Shown in pieces: positions 1-10,000 of a stretch of 64,000 nucleotides of DNA. Under the pieces are notes generated by a model. The model did no database searches, was not told where the DNA came from, and saw nothing but the letters and a program-made list of their open reading frames with translations. The DNA is from Octopus sinensis. Its lineage: Eukaryota. Every line of letters begins with the position of its first letter. Position 1 is the stretch's first letter. The stretch is taken from NCBI RefSeq assembly GCF_006345805.1, contig NC_043009.1, forward strand, positions 48,980,001 through 49,044,000. Direction: 5' to 3'. The translations under genes and the position numbers were made by a program.

Positions 1-690
1 ATATGATGCTATTCCAGCTTTTAGTGATGAGAAATTACTAATTAGATTATGAGAAAAACTTCCACAAAAGAAGATATGAAATCTTCAAAACATTTAAAAA
101 CAAATCTTCTAGATAAAATCGAAAGGGGATGTAGGCTACGTTTGTGACGAAAAAAAAAGTTAAAGATCGATCTACAGTTGGGGACTAAACTGTTAAACAA
201 AGGTGTCAACTGGAGAAAGATTTTGTAACATTGTTGGAAATTTCATTATTTATGGTGAACTGTGAAAAACTTCATACCAATGGTGAAACATATTAGGCTG
301 CATCTGGTGTTGAGGAGGATCCAATTAGGAAGTCTAGAAATTAGGAGGAATTATGGGGTTACTCCTTAGTCACGTCTGTTCCCATGCCTGTCTCGGGCTG
401 TGGTGATAGCACATGTCAAACTCCCCCACTCCCCAGTTAAAAGTGCAGACAATATTCTTGAAGCAAAAATAGATAGGACTGGAAGGGGGCTTGTATGTGT
501 CACAGAGATCCAACGGATTATGGAGATGTCTTAATGTCACGTGAACCAGTTCCCATGCCAAAGGGTTAAATAGGCCCTCAAGTACAATCTCAGTAAAACA
601 GAAGAATAGCAGAGGAAACACTAGATAATCCAACGGACGGTAACAAGTAAACTCTGCCGCATGTTCGTAATTAAAATCATGAATCTTCAA

Positions 691-816
691 GCTTTGTCAT
701 GCTCGGCCCGAAGTTATTGTAGGAGACACTTGTCCAAGCCGCAACGTAGTAGGACTGAACCCCGGGACCTTGTTGTTGGGAAGCAAGCTTCTTATCACAC
801 AGCTACGCCTGCGCCC
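691..816 (-). mobile_element. tRNA-derived SINE, family A (octopus-type), 5' head fragment
   Basis: The reverse complement reads GGGCGCAGGCGTAGCTGTGTGATAAGAAGCTTGCTTCCC...GGTTCAGTCC, with Pol III A- and B-box-like motifs. The same head recurs at 37937, 39805, 35829 and 59031. Confidence 0.85.
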
Positions 817-1602
817 AAATCTGCGAATACGTTATTCAATTAGCATTCCTTTCGTAGTGCGATAGGTTTTGATTTTTACGAGATTTAGATAGTTTCCAGC
901 AAAAATTGAGTCAACATGGTGAATTTGAATGCTTATAAAAGTAAGGGAACACGAAGATAACAACAGCGTCTCGATAAAGAACAACTGAACTTTTCTAATT
1001 GACTGAAGACCATTAAAAATCTGTCCGAAATTTTTCTTTGAATAAACATCTGACGTCAACAATAAACTGGCCAACTAAAGCTGTTTATGACAGGTCCAGT
1101 ATAATGTGTTCAACTCGATAGAGGACAGCAGATTACAGAGTAGACCAAAGGACAGTAGAATAGAGAGGAAATCAGAGGATAGAACCCAGCCATTTATTCA
1201 TTTATTCAGTATAAGCAGATGTCTGGATATCAGTCAAAGATGAAGAGTGCCACATAAATTACTTGATCTGTTACTATCTTAAGTGTAACACTATAGCAGA
1301 TGAAATATGTATTACATTCCCTATCTCCATCCCCAACCTCTCCCTCTTTCTCTCTCCTCCCTCTTTCATATTCACTTCACTACGGAAGCAGATCACAACC
1401 AAATCAGTGTATGAAAAGAACCTTGCACCACATCACAGCTTCTCTTATTCCCAACGGGATTATCGTATTTGTTTGAAACTTTCAACAGTAAAGTTGTACT
1501 ATAGCGGTGCAGTCCTGATGAAAAAGTTGGTGCTACTGTTTTCTCTCTGGTATTATGATGTGTTCAGAAGTATTTTAAAATTCATAAAAATATTAATTAT
1601 AT

Positions 1603-1852
1603 TTTACATTATTTACATTATTTACAATTGACGGATTTTGTTCTCATCTTGTTTGTTGTTAACACAACATTACGGCTGATATACCTTTCAGCCTTCATCA
1701 GGTGTCTTGGGGAAATTTCGAACCTGGGTTCTGATTCCTAAGGTATTTTTCGATGTTGTTATTGTTATTGTTATTATTATTCAGGTCACTGCCTGGAATC
1801 GGACGCGGAATTTTGAGGTTAGTAGCCCGCGCTCTTAACCACTACGCTATAT
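1603..1852 (-). mobile_element. tRNA-headed SINE with a Penelope-like tail containing a hammerhead motif
   Basis: Minus strand: a tRNA-like head (TAGCGTAGTGGTTAAGAGCGCGGGCTACTAACC...CGATTCCAGGCAG), an AAT-rich linker, CTGATGA...GTAA, then a (TAAATAATG)n-like tail. Confidence 0.7.
1661..1706 (-). ncRNA. Minimal type I hammerhead ribozyme relic, probably inactive
   Basis: Minus strand: gacac CTGATGA a ggctg(aaaggtatat)cagcc GTAA tg TT gtgtt. Stems I and II pair, but the conserved GAAA is mutated to GTAA. Confidence 0.6.
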
Positions 1853-2977
1853 ATTTTAGTTAATTTCAATAGGGAAAATTTATTTGTAAAACGAGTAAAT
1901 CCTAGCATGAGCTCGGTCATGGAACGAATTAAACTCTTACTGCGAGATCTCACTGTACTAGAGAGAAACATTTATCACGACGGTCTTATTACTGTTATGC
2001 ACACGGTAATACTACAGAGAATATAATGATAGCCAACAGAGCCAATATCAAAGAGAAGATAGTAGAGTCAATCTTTATCCGGGCAATATCCTCAAAAACA
2101 CCAGGGAATAAGATGGTATCAACGGTGTCATCACTGCTATATAAACAAAAACACTACCGAGCAGAAAGTATTACTAACAATGTCATTGCAGCTATATCGA
2201 TTATGTTGCGATTATATAAAGGACAAAAGGATTGGGTAATGAACTTCATTAACTTACAGCTGTTTCTGCTATAAGATGCAATGCGCCCATAGTTGAGTGC
2301 GTGTGTATCACCTTATCGCTTCGTCGGAACATGAGGTTATCAATATCACTATGCGTAAGCGAAATGTTAAATTTCAACTATAATTTTACAGACATGACGG
2401 TCTCTGAGAGTGTGCTCATTACTATACTTATACTCAGTATATTACTACCGGAAAGACAGTTATTCTGACGCTGTTATGGCTGTTATGTACACTGTAATTT
2501 AGTATATTTAAGTCACAGTATGTCTGTGTATAATGACTAATGCATACATTTCCACAATTCTCAACCGATTTTCACCACACTTTACACACACGTTACTTAT
2601 ATGCCAAGGATGATCATGCACTAAACATTTTGTCCAGAGCTCCCGCATAAATGGATCTAAGTGGACATAGTTTCTTTTGTATGTAGGGTCTTCCATACCT
2701 TTTAAATCTTTTTCTAAAAGTAAAAGAATTTTCTCTATTTATTTTGACAGTCTACCTGTCACGGTGATTAAATTGACTAGGATCACTACGCGACAAATAT
2801 CTAATACCAAACAATCTTAATCTCCATATTTAAACTGCATTAAACGTTGGTAAGCTTACCTTTAACTATTCTGAGTTACTTGAAAGGTGATGTTCCCACC
2901 CCCTCTCTTCTATTTGTTGATACCTTTGTTTATCTACAAACGCTTTCTTTCACTTTAAGGATGCTTATTTATCCATT

Positions 2978-3042
2978 TATAGCTTCGGGCCAATCAAAGT
3001 CTTGTGAGTGAATTTGGTAGACGAAACTGAAAGAAGCCCGTC

Positions 3043-3140
<98 letters not shown>

Positions 3141-3318
3141 TTGTATGTCTGTCTTAGCGTCCCCGTAACCTAGCAGTTCGGCAAAAGAGACCGATAGAAG
3201 AAGTACTAGGCTTACAAAGAATAAATCCTTGGGTCGATTAGCTCGACTAAAAACGCGGTGCTCCAGCATGGCCACAGTCAAATGACTGAAGCAAGTAAAT
3301 GAGTAAGAGGAGTAAAAG
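2978..3318 (+). mobile_element. SINE family A, 5'-truncated, with internal (TA)n(TG)n
   Basis: Contains GACGAAACTGAAAGAAGCCCGTCG, then the microsatellite, then the 3' half GTCCCCGTAAC...AGCATGGCCACAGTCAAATGACTG shared with other copies. Confidence 0.85.
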
Positions 3319-3332
3319 TGTATTACTGTGAT

Positions 3333-3460
3333 GGTGCATGGCCTAGTGGTTATGATTTTGCACTCGCGATTGCGATATTGTGGGTTCGATCGGCGAACAG
3401 GGAGGTGCGTTGTGTTCTTTAGCAAAACACTTCATTTCAGTTTACTTTATGTCCACTTCG
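3333..3460 (+). mobile_element. Degenerate tRNA-derived SINE, family D head
   Basis: A-box-like TGGCCTAGTGG, B-box-like GGTTCGATC, and the shared box GTTGTGTTCTTTAGCAAAACACTT. Confidence 0.65.
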
Positions 3461-4159
3461 ACACCTGATCTGTGGCATACCGTACACCTTTACAGGTAAT
3501 ATTGACATGATGGAGGAAGCGAAGTAATGCGCAGCACATTCATTTGATAACAATAAGCAGATCATTTGTGCCGATTGTTCAACAAGAAATTGTAGAATAG
3601 TCTACCTCAGATTCAACATAATGCCATTACTATGTAATATTTCTACAGGGAATACGCTGACAAGAACAATGTCATCACAGCTATATTCACAGAAATACTA
3701 CAAAGAAGATGACAATATCACCAACAGCGCTATCACGGCCATATTCGCGACAAGAATATAGAATCATATTCCTGAGTAGCTTAACAAATTTGGTAATGCA
3801 TTATACAACGAGTGTTTCGTACAAATATTTGCCAGGAATCGTATAACATATCATTGTTATCGTTTTTTATTATTTCTTTAAGATAACTATTCACTATAAT
3901 TCTAACATATTGATAGGTCTGTCAATTTTTTTTCTTTCTATGTTTCAACAATTAATGCCAAACAAAATTGCCATTAATGACAGAGAATAATAAAAATGTC
4001 TCCAGTAAGGTCAATTTAAAACGATTCCTTTCCTATTCAAGCTGTAATCTTTTTTACTAAATGAGTTCTCTATTTTTCTCTTCATCCCTCCACGTTGCGC
4101 GCACACACTCTCTCACACACACACATACACACACACACACACACACAAATTCGTACACA

Positions 4160-4228
4160 TATTTTATTATTTTATTATCATCATTATTATTATCATTAGT
4201 ATCATTCTTTCTCTTGTTCTTCTGTTTC

Positions 4229-4298
<70 letters not shown>

Positions 4299-4335
4299 TC
4301 TATTTTATCATTACTATCATCACTATTATCATTGC

Positions 4336-4368
<33 letters not shown>

Positions 4369-4385
4369 CATCATCATCATCATCA

Positions 4386-4473
<88 letters not shown>

Positions 4474-4543
4474 TATTATTATTGCTATCATTATTACTAT
4501 TATCACTATTATTATTGCTATTATTATTATTATTATTATTATC

Positions 4544-4600
<57 letters not shown>
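4160..4600. repeat. (ATT)n/(ATC)n compound microsatellite
   Basis: Direct reading; it explains the poly-I/N/D/L ORFs. Confidence 0.95.
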
Positions 4601-5164
4601 AATCCCATGATAGCTATATAATTTTCTTCTGTTTCGTTTTTCACTTTTCATTCATTTTTTACGGGGGTTTTTTTTCTTGTCTGTTTGTTTCTTGTTATTT
4701 CAAGATTTAAAAAAAAAAAATTTTATGTTGAATCGCTTGACCTCCTTCGTTTAAGTGAACTGATAGAAACCTTCCATATTTTACGAGCGTCTTTAAAATT
4801 CCCGACTCATAGAGATGAACTTCTTCATTGTATTAAGAAACTACTTTATGACGTTAAGAATAATAAACAAAACTAAAAACAAACGAGGTAAGAGACAAAA
4901 AATTCCATTAGTAGTTCATAGGACAGATTATATAGTTTTAGATCGTATCTCCCCGGTATATGTATAATATATTATAAATAAAATAACTCTTTGCTGTCAC
5001 CTAGAGATATCGTTGAGAATTAAATAAGAGAGGAGCTTACTTTTAGAAACACATAGTCGTTTTCTTTTAAAACTGCTTCTCATAAAGAAAGCTATTTACT
5101 GCCGTGTCGTTTTATCTATATGATTAAGTAAATAAAACAACAATAACGACAACAAACACTCGTA

Positions 5165-5295
5165 TTTTATATACGTGTGTGTGTGTGTATGTGTGTGTGT
5201 GTGTATGTGTGTGTTTGTGTGTGTGTGTGTATTAAATGTGTATACATAAATATGTAATATTTATGTATGCATAAATGTAAATAAATATGTATTTG

Positions 5296-5331
<36 letters not shown>

Positions 5332-5408
5332 AATATAAATAGATAGATAGATAAATAGGGGAGAGAGGGAGATACATAACGCAATCATATATATATATAC
5401 AATTATAG

Positions 5409-5440
<32 letters not shown>

Positions 5441-5646
5441 GATATATATATACATATATAGATATACAAATATATATATATATATTTATATATAAATATA
5501 TATATATATATGATATATGTATATGAATATATATATGTACATTCTATATACATATACAAATATATACACGTGTATATATATATATACATATATATGAATT
5601 ATATATACAAATATATACATATATATATATAATATATAAATATATA

Positions 5647-5686
<40 letters not shown>

Positions 5687-5754
5687 TCGTATATATATAT
5701 AAATGTATATATACATATGCGTAAGTGCGTTTGAGTGTGCATGTGTGTGTATAA

Positions 5755-5791
<37 letters not shown>

Positions 5792-5800
5792 TGTGTGTTA
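5165..5800. repeat. Compound (TA)n/(TG)n microsatellite tract
   Basis: Direct reading. Confidence 0.95.
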
Positions 5801-6179
5801 GTTTTCAGAATATGTTAGACAAGGTAATGTCGAAATGTAGATATTAAACAGGTTCAGTTCATCCGGGTAGAGTTTTTATTAAAATTATAACTACAAAGAC
5901 TGTTTATACATCATCACGAGGTCCCCGACTACAACAGAAACAACCAATAATTTGAAGGACTGTCCAGTTTCGGTTTTGTTGTTGTTGCTTTTTGTTGTTG
6001 TTAGCTTGTGGATGTTTTTGTTGTTGAGTATTTTTTTTCGTTGTTGATTTTTTCTTCTCCTTCCTCGTGATTAATGCGGTGAATGTAAGTAAAAAGCAAA
6101 ACGAACAAATGGCGTATGTTATCTGTTGGCATGGAAACTGAAATAAACATGTAATAAGTCTGCTTCCAAGGGAAAAAGA

Positions 6180-6214
6180 ACAGAGAGAGAGAGAGAAGGA
6201 AAAGATGATGATGG

Positions 6215-6251
<37 letters not shown>

Positions 6252-6565
6252 GAAGAGGAATAAGAAATAGTAGGAGGAGGAGGAGGAGGAAGGGGAAGAA
6301 GGCGGAGGAGGAGGAGGAAGAAGAAGAAGAGAAGAAAAAAAGGAGAAGGAGAGGAAGAGGGAAAAGGTGAAGGAGAAGAAGGGGAAGGAGGAGTATGAAG
6401 AAGAAGAAGAAGAAGAAAGAAGAAGAAGAAGAAAGAGAAGAAGAAGAAAGAGAAGAAGAAGAAAGAGAAGAAGAAGAAGAAGAGGAAGAAGAAAAACAAG
6501 AAGACGAAGAAGAAGAAGAAGAAGAAGAAGAAGAAGAAGAAGAAGAAGAAGAAGAAGAAGACGAC
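6180..6565. repeat. Purine-rich (GA)/(GAT)/(GGA)/(GAA)n microsatellite
   Basis: Direct reading. Confidence 0.95.
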
Positions 6566-7136
6566 GTTTTGTAATGACAGAGATATTGTAGTTTAACTAT
6601 TCATTGGGGTTGTTCCTATTTGTAGCAAACAGGACTGGGAAAAGTTAAATTTCATTGGCAAGTATTGGGTCTATCTTACGATACAAACCGTTTAAACGTA
6701 AGTTCGTAACTTGCAGCCGAGTGTCTCTACAGTTATTATGATTTGATGATTCGTTAAAATATTAATTATACTCAGGTAGATCTTTAGATCAAATGCTTTG
6801 AGCTGACATCAAATTCCGTCAAGGTAAACTTTTCTTTTCATCGTTCCGTAGTTGATAAATAACTACTATTAGTCATGCAACATCAACTGGTGTCACTAAG
6901 AAGATCAGAAGTCCATAGTGCTTTGAAGTAGCGCAAGTGTGTTGTTGGATCACCAGTTTTATCAACAAGCAGTAATCCGCTACCTGGATTGGTTGAAGAG
7001 GATCTTCCGCCCAGACTCTATCTTGTAGTTTCGCCGAATGAAGTTCATACATCGAATGAATATCAATACGTCCAATTTCCCGTCCATCATGATTTCGGCG
7101 TGACCTTTGCTCGAAGATTTTTTCGTCATTGAGGTT

Positions 7137-7472
7137 GGGGAAGCCCCTTCGGTCAGGAATGACGATGGGATTGCATCTAGAAAGTTACCCTCCGAGGTAC
7201 AAGTCCGGGTAATGTTGTTTATGGAAGACCAGAAGTCGCCCATGCATACCAACTTTCTCTCTCTACGCCATTGATGTTATCCAAGGGAAAGGCAAAGGGG
7301 CCGACACAACTTGGCACCAGTGACGTCGCAACTCATTTCTACAGCTGAGTAAACTGAAGCTAGGTGAAATAAAGTGTCTTGCTCAAGAACACAACACGCA
7401 GCCCAGTCCGGGATTCGAACTCACAACCTCACGGCCGTAAGTTCGACGCTCTAATCACTGAGCCATGCGTCT
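7137..7472 (-). mobile_element. Near full-length SINE family D with an 11-bp target-site duplication
   Basis: tRNA-like head (TGGCTCAGTGATTAG...GAGTTCGAATCCC) and the GTGTTCTTGAGCAAGACACTT box. It is flanked by TCATTGAGGTT at 7126-7136 and 7473-7483. A homologous copy lies at 33658-33940. Confidence 0.9.
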
Positions 7473-9685
7473 TCATTGAGGTTAAAATCTCTATATACCC
7501 ACTGTTCGATGGCCGTTGATTCATACGAGTTATTCCACACTTTGACGGGTTACGAGTATTGTTTTTCATCCCTCGGGTTGTCCAAATCATTCTCCTCATG
7601 AAGCAAGTTCGGTAGGGTTGCGGTTTAGTCACCGACGACCCGACTATGCGACAGGTTGTACTGGGTTAGATGTTACCAGTAACATTTGAGAGGGACCTGA
7701 GATAAATAAAGTAGCAGCAATCAAGTATTAAAATAAATGTATCTCTCTGTCTTCCTCTCTCTCTTTCTTTCTTCATCCCTCCTCTCTTTCGTTCTTTCTT
7801 CCTCTCTCTTTTTTCTCTCTGTCACTCTCTTCTCTCTGTTTCCTTTTTGTCCCTCTTTCTCAGTGACGTTGCACCGTGATAACAATGCCAAGCGACTACT
7901 CACATATCCCCTTTCTCTATGAATAGTTTAAAGTCAATCGAAGAGCCGGCAAATCCCTTGCATAGAAAAATAAAAATAATACGGCAGTGAAACCTGTCGA
8001 TGATGACTCGATGCGCGGCGGAGTACAGAACTGATATAGCAGAATAGAAATAGAATATTCAGATTAATTCTACATGTCTAAGAGATTTAGTAGGTCTTTT
8101 AGACCTGCTAGACCGACACCATATTTTACGTGTACATAATGAAGAGATATTAGTCTAATTAATTCAATGGGGGAAGACATAAAGAAGCAGTACTAAGCCT
8201 GACTGTATAAACTGCAATACTTTATTCTCAGACCTCTTGATACTGAGTTCAAATAATTCTTGCTTGGACATTTTCGTTATATCTCCTGTCGTAGGGGTCG
8301 ATAAAATAAATGCCAGTTCTCTAAATAGAGTTGATTTAATAAACTGTAACCTTTTCGAGCAACAATCTCATATGTCATTATTAACATGTCTCAGCTGTTG
8401 GAATATAAACATGTAACATTTTTTAATAAGGCAATAATTTAAGACAAGGTTATTCCTGGAATAATTTCTAGGCTATTAATTAAAGGCTAAATTTTTTTCT
8501 GTCACTAAGTTTTAAATCTTTATTTAATTTCGCTCAAATTACAAACTGTTATAATTTTTATGTTCTATCTACAAAATTATGCTTCAAATAAATGCTGTAA
8601 ACGGTGTGTTTTTTACTTATGTTTAAATGTTTAAATATCTTCTCGATGTGGAATCTATTTCGCATTATAATTTAAGAGGATATAATCATACACCCGCCAC
8701 CAACACACAAACAACCACTCACGCGCATATCTACTACATATGTGAGAACTTCTATTTGTGGGTGTGTTTGTGGAGTTGTTAGCTAACTCCTCCTAAATCG
8801 TTTTATCGATATTTATGACACTTGACACGAGACTAGAACTCATGTCCGGAGACCTCGTGGCATACTAAGATTGTCGGAAAAAAATCTATAATAGGGCCCT
8901 TGAAAGGATCCTTATATATATCTAATATATTTTATTTAAAAAACTAAGGGAAATAACACATTCGCCCCTGGAAGGGATCCTTAGATATAGCCAAGGGAAA
9001 TAACCCATTCATTTTCCATAATTATTTGGTAAGTATGAAATTGAGTATGCTTATTTCTTAGTATTTGAACTGTTAGAGTTATTTTCGCAATTTATCCAGT
9101 ACAACTCTTAAACAAGTAAATAGTATTTTCTTAAACAATAGATCCACTTATTTCGGTTAGTGATTTATTCACGAATATAACAACACTAGCGCTGCTGAGG
9201 GTAATATTTTCTGGGAACGCACAAAAGCCATTTTCAGAGTTATTTACTTAAATTATTATTATCTCATATCTGATTAGACTCTTATTACGTATGCTTCACG
9301 ACTTTAGTATAGATATCTTATTAGCATTTCCTCCTATTTTCCATATACTCTGAGAACGCATTAAAGCCCCTTTCGGAACTACTTTATTTGAATTCTTATT
9401 CTCGGGTAACTAAATGCATGTTATTACAGATAAGACCTACGGTTTCAGAATAAGCTGGGTCTTATTTACTCATCGTTTTCCTCTACCCGTTACTCAGATT
9501 ATGTTTAAGGACCGATAGCTCTGCTCTTTCTTTTTCTTTGAAAATACCTTGAGATAATCAACATGTACGTTTCCTTTAGCAACAAAAAACAAACAAACAA
9601 AACAACTAAGAGGTGAAAAGAGAATTTAGAAAGCAGAAGGACTGGCCAAAGTCTCTGAATCCCATTTAGAAATATAAGATATATA

Positions 9686-9715
9686 GTAGTTGTGGTAGTG
9701 GTGGTGGTGGTAGTA

Positions 9716-9755
<40 letters not shown>

Positions 9756-9985
9756 CAGCAGTAGAAACAGCAGCGGCAGTATCAGCAACAACAGTAGCAA
9801 CAGTGGCAGCAGCAGTATTACTAGTAATAGTAGTAGTATTAGTAGTAATAGCAGCAGCAGCGCCAGCATCAGCAGAAATAGAGACGGCAGCATCAGCAAC
9901 TGCAGTAGCAGCAGTGGTAGCAGCAGAAGTGGCAGCAGCAGCAGCAGTAGTACTAATAGTAGAAGTAGTAGTAGCAGTAGTAGTA
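9686..9985. repeat. (AGT)n/(AGC)n microsatellite abutting the large array
   Basis: Direct reading. Confidence 0.95.
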
Positions 9986-10000
9986 GGTGTTTTTGTTATT

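Noticed and set aside
1-690. Possible retroelement or polymerase coding relic, and ORF 370-690
   Set aside because: No frame gives a convincing family motif, and there are multiple stops.
4061-6591. Poly-I/N/D/Y/R ORFs here and at 24872-25582, 28440-29919, 42899-44564 and 53466-57869
   Set aside because: Translations of microsatellites.
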